From the NCBI RefSeq assembly GCF_044324785.1, contig NZ_CP172127.1: a stretch of DNA of 64,000 nucleotides; one strand, 5' to 3'. A program made the translations under genes and the position numbers. Origin of the DNA: Escherichia coli (lineage in GTDB: Bacteria; Pseudomonadota; Gammaproteobacteria; Enterobacterales; Enterobacteriaceae). Position 1 is the first letter of the stretch, and every line of letters starts with the position of its first letter. This document shows, one piece after another, positions 1 to 9,689 of the stretch. The notes under the pieces were generated by a model that was not told the DNA's origin, ran no database searches, and worked only from the letters and a program-made list of their open reading frames with translations.

Positions 1-90
1 TTTTTTTCGCAATTGTTTCCGCAATTTCTTTCGCGTTTTTTTTCGCAATTGTTTCCGCAATTTTTTGCGCAATTGTTTCCCGAGTTTTTG
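1..90. repeat. Tandem direct repeats (12-bp core, 36-bp higher-order unit) inside the 3' part of the edge gene
   Basis: gcaatt recurs at 9, 21, 45, 57, 69; positions 8-25 are identical to 44-61 (cgcaattgtttccgcaat). The repeats are in frame with the minus-strand ORF. Confidence 0.8.
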
Positions 91-919
91 ATTTTAGACT
101 AACACCATCGATGTCAACCGGTGTTGTTTTCAGATCTCTCTGCGCGTCTTTCAAATTTGTCTTATAGAGATCGGGCACTTTATCGGCAGATAAGTATCCG
201 GATGAAGAAATCTGGTGTGTACGCATGGGGGGCTGTTCACAAAGCATCGAGGCTATATCGTCTTTAAACTCTTTTACATTAAAGTTATCGGCATTAACCT
301 TCCCTGTTATAAACCCCGCATCGGCAATTTTCTTCTCTAATTGTTTTGTACGTTTAGAATTATGAGCGTTGTTATCATAAAACTTTTCAAGAAGGGCCCA
401 CTCCTCAAGTTGCCTTATGTGATTTTTCAACTGTTGATGATCTATTTTATATTCATGTGTACTAGAATCATTTTGATTGCAGGAGTTACAGATTTTTAAG
501 CATAATTTTCCATCAGATTTATCATCTATGGTATCAGTGAAAATATAGGACACTTCAATACTCTGCCCGTACTTATCAGACATCTCATATGACCATTGCC
601 CCGTTCGTTTCGCATTCTTAATGAATTCGATGGACTCTGCAGGACAACCATGAAGAATGGGCAGAATTTTATCAGGATGCTTAATGAGTAAAATTATTAT
701 ATTTACAACGTTTGAAAAGAAATTTTTGCCATTTTTTATTTCATCGATTTTTTCCGCTGAAATGTTTACTAAGTTTTCATTTCCGGAAATGAAAAGCAAT
801 TTGCCATGTGGGCTTTTTTTAAATTGTTCTTCTGTTTTAGAAAAGACATCCTCTTTAAAAGGTGGCAACTCAGTACCAGTAATAAACGGTTTCAATAAAT
901 TCGAATTTGAAATTGTCAT
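1..919 (-). CDS. Hypothetical protein, 5' complete and 3' truncated by the window edge (at least 306 codons); AT-rich; C-terminal part encoded by in-frame tandem repeats (ETIAKK-like)
   Basis: Manual minus-strand translation: ATG at 919-917, GGAG about 8 nt upstream, no in-frame stop through position 2 in markedly AT-rich DNA. Start of protein MTISNSNLLKPFITGTELPPFKEDVFSKTEEQFKKSPHGKLLFISGNEN; end in window RETIAQKIAETIAKKNAKEIAETIAKK. Not in the ORF track because it lacks a stop inside the window. No family recognised. Confidence 0.6.
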   Translation of the reverse strand, partial: MTISNSNLLKPFITGTELPPFKEDVFSKTEEQFKKSPHGKLLFISGNENLVNISAEKIDEIKNGKNFFSNVVNIIILLIKHPDKILPILHGCPAESIEFIKNAKRTGQWSYEMSDKYGQSIEVSYIFTDTIDDKSDGKLCLKICNSCNQNDSSTHEYKIDHQQLKNHIRQLEEWALLEKFYDNNAHNSKRTKQLEKKIADAGFITGKVNADNFNVKEFKDDIASMLCEQPPMRTHQISSSGYLSADKVPDLYKTNLKDAQRDLKTTPVDIDGVSLKSKTRETIAQKIAETIAKKNAKEIAETIAKK

Positions 920-1027
920 ATCTTTGCTCCACTACAGGGTTATCCTGGAGCATGTTGTACATAACATCATGGGCAAAGAATACCAAAAATCGCTCATATC
1001 GATCGGGACAAATATTTAACAAATTCA

Positions 1028-1071
1028 GCCCTGACATTGAGCAGCTTTTTTGCGCTGCGTAGTGTCAGGGC
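1028..1071. terminator. Nested inverted repeat between malZ 3' end and the edge gene start; possible bidirectional terminator or insertion scar
   Basis: GCCCTGACA ... TGTCAGGGC outer 9-bp perfect inverted repeat enclosing an inner GCAGC-ttttttgc-GCTGC hairpin. No clean U-tract immediately after the outer stem. Confidence 0.35.
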
Positions 1072-1106
1072 TGGTGACTAACGACGTAACAAATAAAACA
1101 GATGCT

Positions 1107-2921
1107 TTAGTTCATCCACACCGTAGCCGAAATGGCAGGCAAAGCCAGAATCCCGTCTGTCAGTTGCCCATGGCCTTCTTTGCGTTGCCATTGCACGACA
1201 TTAAGAAACGGTGACGCGGGTAGCACCACTTCACAGGCCTCGCCACGGTTGATTGCCACCAGTACACGCTGCTGATTCAGCACGCGGACAAATACCACCA
1301 CGTTATCTTCCGCATACAGCACCTGACAGCCGCCACGACGCAGCGCCTGACTTTTCTTACGCAGCGCAATCATTCGCTGGTACAACGCGAATAACGCCGT
1401 ATCCTGCTTTTCCACCTGCCAGGGGAACGGTTTACGGCAAAACGGATCGTTTTTACCATCCAGTCCCACTTCATCACCGTAATAAATGCACGGTACACCA
1501 GGCCAGGTGAACAACCAGACCACCGCCAGCGGCAGGCGCGCAATATCCCGACCGAGCAGCGTTTTAAATCGCGCAGTATCGTGGCTATCGAGCTGATTAA
1601 ACATACGTAATTGCTGTTGATGAGAAAGCCCTGCGCGGTAATTATCCATCCAGGCCATACAGGTTTGGGCGTCAATTTGCTGCGGATCATAAGAGATATC
1701 GGTGTTGGCGAGAAATCCCCACAACGGGAATGTGAAGCCGCGATAGTTCATGGCGGCATCTTCCACATCGGCCTGTAACCATTGCCGTGCATCGCCAAAA
1801 TGTTCGCCGACAATATACGCTTCCGGCTGGGTTTCTTTCGCCGCTTCGGTGATCCCAGCAACGTGCTGCATATTATTGCGCGCCCCACCCGCCTCCCCCA
1901 GCATATGCACCACATCCAGCCGCCAGCCGTCCATACTCCACGGCGCTTTCAGCCAGTGGCGGACAATACTGTCTTCCCCGCGATAAATTTCATTCACCAG
2001 ACTTTCCGACTGATAATCCAGCTTCGGCAAGCTGGCATAGCCCAGCCAGTCGAGCGCCGTGCCATCATCACTAAACGAGTACCAGTCGCGCCAGGGCGAT
2101 TCGGGGTTGTGACAAGCTCCTCCCGAGCCACGATTGTGCCTGTCAAACCAGGCATGGGAATCGCCACTGTGGTTAAACACGCCATCCAGCACCAGCCGCA
2201 TTCCCAGCTGCTGCGTATTGTGTCGCAAACGCAGCAACGCTCCATCACCGCCAAACTGCGGATCGACATGGCGATAATCCTCGGTATCGTATTTATGTAC
2301 GCTGGGAGCTTTAAACACCGGATTGAGATACAGCGCCGTCACGCCAAGTTTTTTCAGATACGGCAGTTTTTCGCTGATACCGTCCAGATCGCCGCCATAG
2401 AACGTTGATCCGCCCGCCTGCGCCGTGACCGGTTCATCCCAGTCACGCAATATGATCTCTTGTCCGGCTGCGTGATGGTAATAGACATGATCCTGTTCAG
2501 CTTCACGAGGAAGACTACGGGCGAAACGATCAGGGAAGATCTGATAAAAAATCTGATCCGCAGCCCATTGTGGGCCGATATCCGGTACATCGACGGCAAA
2601 CTGCTCCAGTCGTGCCGGCGGCATTCGGCTGAAGCCCTGCGGTGTAAACCAACGCTGGCGATCGTGCCACAGCAATTTGAAACTATAACGCCGCCGAGGT
2701 AGTCCGCTGGAGAGATCGATCGCCGCCCGCCATGCGGTAACGCCAGGCTGCGGCTGACTGCGCTGCTTATGCATCGCTACTGACGTTTCTTCGTTGTCGT
2801 GTTCTGTACGCAGCATAATGCGCTGCGGTGGGTCTTCGCCCGTCAGCCACAGTGTAATGAGCAGTTGATCTTTGCTTTGTTTAACAAATGGGGGTACCGG
2901 CAGGTGCCATGCATTTAACAT
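1107..2921 (-). CDS. malZ: Maltodextrin glucosidase
   Basis: 605-aa ORF ([22 protein letters not shown]...) recognised as MalZ; second Met taken as start to give the 604 aa I recall. Confidence 0.93.
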   Translation of the reverse strand: MLNAWHLPVPPFVKQSKDQLLITLWLTGEDPPQRIMLRTEHDNEETSVAMHKQRSQPQPGVTAWRAAIDLSSGLPRRRYSFKLLWHDRQRWFTPQGFSRMPPARLEQFAVDVPDIGPQWAADQIFYQIFPDRFARSLPREAEQDHVYYHHAAGQEIILRDWDEPVTAQAGGSTFYGGDLDGISEKLPYLKKLGVTALYLNPVFKAPSVHKYDTEDYRHVDPQFGGDGALLRLRHNTQQLGMRLVLDGVFNHSGDSHAWFDRHNRGSGGACHNPESPWRDWYSFSDDGTALDWLGYASLPKLDYQSESLVNEIYRGEDSIVRHWLKAPWSMDGWRLDVVHMLGEAGGARNNMQHVAGITEAAKETQPEAYIVGEHFGDARQWLQADVEDAAMNYRGFTFPLWGFLANTDISYDPQQIDAQTCMAWMDNYRAGLSHQQQLRMFNQLDSHDTARFKTLLGRDIARLPLAVVWLFTWPGVPCIYYGDEVGLDGKNDPFCRKPFPWQVEKQDTALFALYQRMIALRKKSQALRRGGCQVLYAEDNVVVFVRVLNQQRVLVAINRGEACEVVLPASPFLNVVQWQRKEGHGQLTDGILALPAISATVWMN

Positions 2922-3079
2922 CATAATTCCCCTGTGATGAAAATCTGATCACCTTGCCATAGCCTAATGCAGGATCACTCATCATCTGAAGGATATTTGG
3001 GGGAGGAGGACGGGGGCGGATAACTTTCGGAATAGCCGGATCAGGATTTCCTCCTGAACCGGCTTACAGAACGCAAGGA

Positions 3080-4453
3080 TTACTGGTTTTCAGCCAGCTG
3101 ACGATCGTGGCGGCGCTTAAACATCCAGCCAATCAACAGCACAACAATCCACGCGAAACCGACATACAGCGAGATACGCGTATCAGGGTGATAACCAATC
3201 AACCCGATAATAAAGAGCAGGAAAATCAAACCGCCGATGGTCGTTGCTACCCCACCCGGCACTTTAAATTTCAGCGCCTTAACTTCTTCTGGCGGCAAAC
3301 GGCGACGGAAGGCAATTTGCGACAGCAGGATCATAATCCACACCCACACCGTGGCGAAGGTTGCCAGCGAAGCGATTACCAGGAAGACGTTTTCCGGCAT
3401 GATGTAGTTCAGATACACCGCAAACAATAGCGCGGTAGTCATCACCAGCACCGTAACCCACGGAATACCGCGACGCGACGTTTTGCTGAAAATTTTCGGC
3501 GCGCTGCCCTGCTCTGCCATACCGTGGAGCATACGGCCTACGCCAAATACATCACTGTTAATTGCCGACAGCGAAGCGGTCAGCACAACAAAGTTAAGAA
3601 TGCTGGCGGCAAAGGTAATGCCCATATGCTGGAACGTCAGCACAAACGGGCTACCGGCAGTGCCAACCTGATTCCACGGGTAGATAGACATAATGACGAA
3701 CAGCGTACCAACATAGAACACCAGAATACGCATCGGCACGGAGTTAATCGCACGCGGAATCGATTTCTCAGGATCTTTCGCTTCACCGGCGGTAATCCCG
3801 ATAATTTCGATCCCACCGTAAGCAAACATCACCATTTGCAACGACATCACCATCCCAAGCCAGCCGTTACTGAAGAAGCCGCCGTTGCTCCACAGGTTAT
3901 GAATACCGGTCGGTTGCCCGCCGTTGCCAATCCCCCAGATGATGATGCCGAAACCGGCGACAATCATGATGATGATAGTGGCGACTTTAAAGAACGAGAA
4001 CCAGAATTCCAGCTCACCGAAGACCTTCACGCTCATCAGGTTTACGGCGCAAATGATCAGCACCACGCTCAGTACCCAAATCCAGTGCGGCACCGTCGGG
4101 AACCAGACACCCATATAGATACCAAAAGCGGTCACATCGGCGATGGCGACAATAAGGATTTCAAAGCAGTAGGTCCAGCCGGTAATGTAACCTGCCAGCG
4201 GGCCGAGGTTTTCCTGCGCATAACGGGAAAAAGAGCTGGCGGCCGGGTTATGTACCGACATTTCCCCCAGCGCACGCATAATGATATACGCTGCGATACC
4301 ACCGATAATATAGGCCAACAACACGCTCGGACCAGCCATTTTGATGGCGTCTGCCGAACCGTAAAACAACCCGGTGCCAATTGCTGAACCCAGTGCCATA
4401 AAGCGTATGTGGCGGGTACTTAGCCCACGCTTTAGCTTGTTCTTACTTTCCAT
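3080..4453 (-). CDS. proY: Proline-specific permease (APC family amino-acid transporter)
   Basis: [45 protein letters not shown]... recognised as ProY; multi-pass membrane protein. Confidence 0.93.
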   Translation of the reverse strand: MESKNKLKRGLSTRHIRFMALGSAIGTGLFYGSADAIKMAGPSVLLAYIIGGIAAYIIMRALGEMSVHNPAASSFSRYAQENLGPLAGYITGWTYCFEILIVAIADVTAFGIYMGVWFPTVPHWIWVLSVVLIICAVNLMSVKVFGELEFWFSFFKVATIIIMIVAGFGIIIWGIGNGGQPTGIHNLWSNGGFFSNGWLGMVMSLQMVMFAYGGIEIIGITAGEAKDPEKSIPRAINSVPMRILVFYVGTLFVIMSIYPWNQVGTAGSPFVLTFQHMGITFAASILNFVVLTASLSAINSDVFGVGRMLHGMAEQGSAPKIFSKTSRRGIPWVTVLVMTTALLFAVYLNYIMPENVFLVIASLATFATVWVWIMILLSQIAFRRRLPPEEVKALKFKVPGGVATTIGGLIFLLFIIGLIGYHPDTRISLYVGFAWIVVLLIGWMFKRRHDRQLAENQ

Positions 4454-4476
4454 CAATTCCTAACCCATCAACACAA

Positions 4477-4507
4477 TAAAAAACCACGGGGCATCGCAGC
4501 CCCGTGG
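4477..4507 (-). terminator. Putative intrinsic terminator after brnQ
   Basis: Perfect hairpin CCACGGGGC-atcgca-GCCCCGTGG at 4484-4507, followed on the minus strand by a U-run (plus-strand A-run 4477-4483). Confidence 0.55.
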
Positions 4508-4528
4508 TTAAAACAAATGTTCAGTGAT

Positions 4529-5848
4529 TTAGTGAGCGCTGGAGGTCACCTGACGACCTGCCGCGCGATCCCAGATAATGGCCAGAACCACCATCACCAC
4601 TGTTGGCATTAACCACGCCAGACCTTGTTCGGCCAGCGGTAAACGCTGCGCCCAGGACGGTAAGATATCGCTGAATGCAGATGCTTTGATCCCGTCGAGA
4701 ATACCAAAAAGCAGGCTGATAAACATCGGCGGAGCAATCACGCGGGACGAATTATGCCACCATGAGCGTGTAAAACTTAATACAACCAGTGCGATACACG
4801 GCGGATAAATGGCGGTCAGCACCGGTACGGAGATCTGAATCAGCTGGCTCAAACCGAGGTTAGAAACCACCATCGAGAAGCCGCCGAGGATAAACACCAG
4901 CGTACGATAAGAGAGCGGTACGTACTGGGCAAAGAATTCTGCACAAGCACAGGTCAGGCCAACTGCCGTGACCAGGCAGGCGATGAAGATTAACGCCGCC
5001 AGCAGGAAGCTACCGCCGCCGCCAAAGGTGTGCTGAACGTAAGCATGCAGAATAGCAGCGCCGTTTGCAGACTGATCGACCAACGACGCGCTGTCTGAAC
5101 CCAGACGGAACAGCGCCAGGTACAGCAGAGTAAGACCAACACCCGCCATCAGGCCAGCCCAGACGGTATAACGGGTCAGCAGACGCGCTTCAGTAACGCC
5201 ACGAGAACGCGCCGCGTTAACAATAACGATACCAAACACCATCGCGCCCAGCGTATCCATGGTCAGATAGCCGTTGACGAAGCCGTTAGAAAACGCAGCG
5301 TTTTGATAAGCCTCAGTCGCCGTGCTGATAGAACCCGCTGGCCAGACAATTGCGGCAACAGACAGGATGACCAGCGCGATAATTTTCAGCGGCGCAAGGA
5401 AGTTGCCCACGGTATCCAGCAGCTTGCCCGGATAGAGCGAAACCAGAATAACGATAGCGAAATAGACCAGGCTGTAGATAAACAGCGGCAGCGCGGAATC
5501 ACCCGTCAGCGGCGCAATCCCCACTTCAAAAGAAACGGTAGCTGTACGCGGCGTAGCGAAAAGCGGCCCCACAGCTAGGTAACAAACCGTTGCCAGCAGC
5601 ACGCCAGCGACTTTACCGATTGGCGTGCTGAGGCTGTCAACACCGCCGCCAACTTTTGCCAGCGCCACTACCGTTAGTACCGGCAGACCAACGGCAGTAA
5701 TGAGGAAGCCGAATGCCGCAGTCCAGACGTGTTCGCCTGCCTGCAAGCCGACCATTGGAGGGAAAATAATGTTACCTGCGCCGACGAACAACGCAAATGT
5801 CATAAAGCCCAGAGCGATGATATCGCGCGATCTTAATTGATGGGTCAT
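4529..5848 (-). CDS. brnQ: Branched-chain amino acid transporter (LIVCS family)
   Basis: 439-aa [45 protein letters not shown]... recognised as BrnQ. Confidence 0.93.
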   Translation of the reverse strand: MTHQLRSRDIIALGFMTFALFVGAGNIIFPPMVGLQAGEHVWTAAFGFLITAVGLPVLTVVALAKVGGGVDSLSTPIGKVAGVLLATVCYLAVGPLFATPRTATVSFEVGIAPLTGDSALPLFIYSLVYFAIVILVSLYPGKLLDTVGNFLAPLKIIALVILSVAAIVWPAGSISTATEAYQNAAFSNGFVNGYLTMDTLGAMVFGIVIVNAARSRGVTEARLLTRYTVWAGLMAGVGLTLLYLALFRLGSDSASLVDQSANGAAILHAYVQHTFGGGGSFLLAALIFIACLVTAVGLTCACAEFFAQYVPLSYRTLVFILGGFSMVVSNLGLSQLIQISVPVLTAIYPPCIALVVLSFTRSWWHNSSRVIAPPMFISLLFGILDGIKASAFSDILPSWAQRLPLAEQGLAWLMPTVVMVVLAIIWDRAAGRQVTSSAH

Positions 5849-6198
5849 AAATCATACTGCCTGTGGATGTGGTGTTGTAACGTTAAATTTTTGTGCCAAT
5901 CCCTGGGGATGATACAGCGGTATATTTAAACAATTTTAGCGGGAAATACTCCCAACCAGGCGCGGCGAAGAATAGTTTTTCGATTTACCGCGTTAATGCA
6001 GTCAGTATGACAGCACCTGAAGCGCAATTTAAACGCTTATAACGTTTTAAAGCAAGGAGGGATCTAAAAACCAGAGGTATATAGCGATAAGAAATCGCCA
6101 ACCAGTATAAAACACTATTTCCGTGAAAAAGACATGGCTAATCATGCGAACAAAAAATCACCAACCGTTGTAAAATCTAACGCCCGTATTTTGACTGC

Positions 6199-6228
6199 AA
6201 AGAAAATAAGCCAGCATCGGCTGGCTTA
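6199..6228 (-). terminator. Intrinsic terminator of the phoBR operon
   Basis: Hairpin AAGCCAGC-atcg-GCTGGCTT followed on the minus strand by a U-tract (plus-strand agaaaat), directly after the phoR stop. Confidence 0.6.
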
Positions 6229-6254
6229 TGGCAATAAAAGATGACAAAGGCGGG

Positions 6255-7550
6255 TTAATCGCTGTTTTTGGCAATTAAACGTTCCGGGATAACAAAACTG
6301 AAACGTGTTCCTTTTCCTACTGTACTCTCAATATTCAGGCGACTTTCGTGATGATTCACCGCATGTTTCACGATCGCTAACCCTAATCCGCTACCGCCGG
6401 TTTGCCGGGAACGCGCTTTATCAACGCGATAAAAACGCTCGGTCAGGCGCGGAATATGCTCCGGTGCAATGCCCGGTCCGTTATCTTCAACGCTAAATTC
6501 GGCACCGTGCGGCACTCGCTGCCAGCGTACGGTGATATGCGTGCCTTCAGGCGTATGATTCACGGCGTTATAGACCAGGTTCGAAATCGCACTGCGTAGC
6601 TGATCTTCGTTGCCAGACACCTTGAGGCCGTTATCTATCTCAAAGGTAAATGTCTGTTTTTTCTGACTCAGAGTCTGAGCCTCGCGCTCAACAACGCGCA
6701 GCATCATCGGCACATCAACCTTTTCATTGAGCAAATGCGTCGGTGCGGCTTCTATTTTCGACAGCGTCAGCAATTGCTTCACCAACCCTTCCATCCGCTG
6801 GGTCTGCTCGCGCATGGTGTGCAACGCTTTTTCACGTACCGCGCCTTCCAGCGGTTGCTCATCCATCATCTCCAGGTAACCCTGTAACACGGTCAATGGC
6901 GTACGTAACTCATGGCTCACGTTGGCAAAAAAGTTACGCCGCGCCCCTTCCAGTTGATGCATTTGCGTGACATCACGCGCCACCATGAGCAACTGTTTGT
7001 GGGTATAAGGCATGACGCGAATTTCCAGATGCCGCCCGGTGTTGAGCACCAGATTGAGCGGGCGAGAAAAATCACGCATTTTCAGATATTGCGTAAACTC
7101 CGGGTAACGCAGCAGGTTAAGGATGTTCTGCCCGTTATCTTCCGGCCAGCGCAAACCAAGAATCTGTTGCGCCAGACCGTTACACCAGAAAATACCGCCC
7201 TCTTCCGTGGTCAGCACCACCGCGTCGGGTAGCGACTCCGCGCCGCTACGAAAGCGTTTAATCAGATTGCCCAGTTCACGGCGGCGTTTTTTATTTCGCA
7301 GCTGCATCTGGTGTAAGCCGTATAGTAGCGGTTCCCAGCTACCACGCCCCGGTGGCGGGGTCATACTACGATCCACCCACAGCCACCATGAAAGGCGCAA
7401 TAAATTCCAGAAATGCCAGATAAGCAGTCCCGTTACCGATGCCAGCAAAAACCAGGGCAGGTAACCAAAAAATGCACCCAGGATGAAAGCCGGGAGGCAA
7501 CAAAGTAGCAGCTCCAGCACCAGCCTTTTCCACGACAGCCGTTCCAGCAC
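6255..7550 (-). CDS. phoR: Phosphate regulon sensor histidine kinase
   Basis: 431-aa ORF with N-terminal membrane segments and a C-terminal HisKA/HATPase region ([20 protein letters not shown]); recognised as PhoR. Confidence 0.95.
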   Translation of the reverse strand: MLERLSWKRLVLELLLCCLPAFILGAFFGYLPWFLLASVTGLLIWHFWNLLRLSWWLWVDRSMTPPPGRGSWEPLLYGLHQMQLRNKKRRRELGNLIKRFRSGAESLPDAVVLTTEEGGIFWCNGLAQQILGLRWPEDNGQNILNLLRYPEFTQYLKMRDFSRPLNLVLNTGRHLEIRVMPYTHKQLLMVARDVTQMHQLEGARRNFFANVSHELRTPLTVLQGYLEMMDEQPLEGAVREKALHTMREQTQRMEGLVKQLLTLSKIEAAPTHLLNEKVDVPMMLRVVEREAQTLSQKKQTFTFEIDNGLKVSGNEDQLRSAISNLVYNAVNHTPEGTHITVRWQRVPHGAEFSVEDNGPGIAPEHIPRLTERFYRVDKARSRQTGGSGLGLAIVKHAVNHHESRLNIESTVGKGTRFSFVIPERLIAKNSD

Positions 7551-7607
7551 GTAAGATACTCCAGTTAAGAAATCATAAGCCCTGCTCTGCGTCCGATGAG
7601 CAAGGCG

Positions 7608-8297
7608 TTAAAAGCGGGTTGAAAAACGATATCCTGTACCGCGCACGGTCTGCACCATGCGGTCATGCCCGCCGGGCTCCAGTGCTTTACGCAGGCGACG
7701 AATGTGGACATCGACCGTGCGGTCTTCCACATACACGTTAGTTCCCCAGACGTGGTTTAACAGCTGCTCGCGGCTGTACACGCGCTCAGGATGCGTCATA
7801 AAAAAGTGCAGCAGTTTAAATTCTGTCGGCCCCATCTCCAGTGGCTCTTCGCCCGCCATCACCCGGTGAGATGTCGGGTCGAGGCTTAGCCCCTGCATCT
7901 CGATCACCTCTTCCACCGCCATTGGCGAAATACGGCGCATTACCGCTTTGATTCGCGCCACCAGCTCCTTCGGCGAAAACGGCTTGGTGATATAGTCATC
8001 CGCACCGGTTTCAAGGCCGCGCACGCGATCTTCTTCTTCCCCTCTGGCGGTCAACATCACCACTGGAATATCCCGGGTCATCGACTCGCGCTTGAGGTGT
8101 TTGATGAACTGGATACCGGAGCCGCCAGGTAACATCCAGTCAAGGAGAATTAAATCCGGCCAGGGTTCATTCAGTTGGTTCACAGCACTGTCATAATCTT
8201 CCGCTTCGACCGGCTGGAAGCCATTTTGCTCGAGCACGAAGCAGACCATTTCGCGAATTGGTGCTTCATCTTCTACGACCAGAATACGTCTCGCCAT
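7608..8297 (-). CDS. phoB: Phosphate regulon response regulator
   Basis: 229-aa [32 protein letters not shown]... recognised as PhoB (receiver plus winged-helix domain). Confidence 0.96.
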
Positions 8298-8345
8298 GAT
8301 TTGCCCTGTTGTAATAAATAGGTTGCGATCATTAATGCGACGTCA

Positions 8346-8379
8346 TTATGCGTCAGATTTATGACAGATTTATGAAAAG
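8346..8379 (-). promoter_or_regulatory. Pho box (PhoB binding site) in the phoB promoter
   Basis: Minus-strand reading CTTTTCATAAATCTGTCATAAATCTGACGCATAA contains the tandem CTGTCATA-type pho box repeats, upstream of phoB and divergent from sbcD. Confidence 0.75.
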
Positions 8380-8486
8380 CTCGTCGCACATATTTTCAGG
8401 TTATTGATTTCCGTGGCGCAGAAAAAAGCAAATGGCATATCTGTTTGGGTATAATCGCGCCCATGCTTTTTCGCCAGGGAACCGTT

Positions 8487-9689
8487 ATGCGCATCCTTCA
8501 CACCTCAGACTGGCATCTCGGCCAGAACTTCTACAGTAAAAGCCGCGAAGCTGAACATCAGGCTTTTCTTGACTGGCTGCTGGAGACAGCACAAACCCAT
8601 CAGGTGGATGCGATTATTGTTGCCGGTGATGTTTTCGATACCGGCTCGCCCCCCAGTTACGCCCGCACGTTATACAACCGTTTTGTTGTCAATTTACAGC
8701 AAACTGGCTGTCATCTGGTGGTACTGGCAGGAAACCATGACTCGGTCGCCACGCTGAATGAATCGCGCGATATCATGGCGTTCCTCAATACGACCGTGGT
8801 CGCCAGCGCCGGACATGCGCCGCAAATCTTGCCTCGTCGCGACGGGACGCCAGGCGCAGTGCTGTGCCCTATTCCGTTTTTACGTCCGCGTGACATTATT
8901 ACCAGCCAGGCGGGGCTTAACGGTATTGAAAAACAGCAGCATTTGCTGGCGGCTATTACTGATTATTATCAACAACATTATGCCGATGCCTGCAAACTGC
9001 GCGGCGATCAGCCTCTGCCCATCATCGCCACGGGACATTTAACGACCGTGGGTGCCAGTAAAAGTGATGCCGTGCGTGACATCTATATTGGCACGCTGGA
9101 CGCGTTTCCGGCACAAAACTTTCCGCCAGCCGACTACATCGCGCTCGGGCATATTCACCGCGCGCAGATTATTGGCGGCATGGAACATGTTCGCTATTGC
9201 GGCTCCCCCATTCCACTGAGTTTTGATGAATGCGGTAAGAGTAAATATGTCCATCTGGTGACATTTTCAAACGGCAAATTAGAGAGCGTGGAAAACCTGA
9301 ACGTACCGGTAACGCAACCCATGGCGGTGCTGAAAGGCGATCTGGCGTCGATTACCGAACAGCTGGAACAGTGGCGCGATGTATCACAGGAGCCACCTGT
9401 CTGGCTGGATATCGAAATCACTACTGATGAGTATCTACATGATATTCAGCGCAAAATCCAGGCATTAACCGAATCATTACCTGTCGAAGTATTGCTGGTA
9501 CGCCGGAGTCGTGAACAGCGCGAGCGTGTGTTAGCCAGCCAACAGCGTGAAACCCTCAGCGAACTCAGCGTCGAAGAGGTGTTCAATCGCCGTCTGGCAC
9601 TGGAAGAACTGGATGAATCGCAGCAGCAACGTCTGCAGCATCTTTTCACCACGACATTGCATACCCTCGCCGGAGAACACGAAGCATGA
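8487..9689 (+). CDS. sbcD: Nuclease SbcCD subunit D (Mre11-like phosphoesterase)
   Basis: [31 protein letters not shown]... recognised as SbcD; start chosen at the internal Met to give 400 aa; stop overlaps the sbcC start by 4 bp (ATGA). Confidence 0.93.
   Translation: MRILHTSDWHLGQNFYSKSREAEHQAFLDWLLETAQTHQVDAIIVAGDVFDTGSPPSYARTLYNRFVVNLQQTGCHLVVLAGNHDSVATLNESRDIMAFLNTTVVASAGHAPQILPRRDGTPGAVLCPIPFLRPRDIITSQAGLNGIEKQQHLLAAITDYYQQHYADACKLRGDQPLPIIATGHLTTVGASKSDAVRDIYIGTLDAFPAQNFPPADYIALGHIHRAQIIGGMEHVRYCGSPIPLSFDECGKSKYVHLVTFSNGKLESVENLNVPVTQPMAVLKGDLASITEQLEQWRDVSQEPPVWLDIEITTDEYLHDIQRKIQALTESLPVEVLLVRRSREQRERVLASQQRETLSELSVEEVFNRRLALEELDESQQQRLQHLFTTTLHTLAGEHEA

Noticed and set aside
1-90. 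Possible CRISPR array suggested by short direct repeats
   Set aside because: The repeat period is 12/36 bp with no unique spacers, and the repeats are in frame within a coding sequence. This is a coding tandem repeat, not a CRISPR array. No CRISPR array was seen anywhere in the window.
657-1019. 120-aa plus-strand ORF in the left-edge AT-rich region
   Set aside because: It lies antisense to, and largely inside, the much longer minus-strand ORF that has a good RBS and at least 306 stop-free codons. Its sequence is low-complexity and it has no RBS, so it is most likely a shadow ORF.
1782-2408. 208-aa plus-strand ORF inside malZ, and similar long antisense ORFs inside proY (3524-4387), sbcC (11580-12020), mhpE (51221-51955), mhpC/mhpD (53700-54680), mhpA (56766-57293), lacI (58343-58678) and lacZ
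   Set aside because: All are embedded antisense to confidently identified conserved genes and lack recognisable protein features. They are typical shadow ORFs of GC-balanced coding DNA.
2925-3079. GGGGAGGAGG / ggatga-like motifs upstream of malZ as MalT boxes, and an imperfect inverted repeat (CCGGATCAGGA…TCCTGAACCGG) after proY
   Set aside because: They are plausible as MalT boxes and a proY terminator, but the matches are short or imperfect and I cannot position them reliably without a reference alignment.
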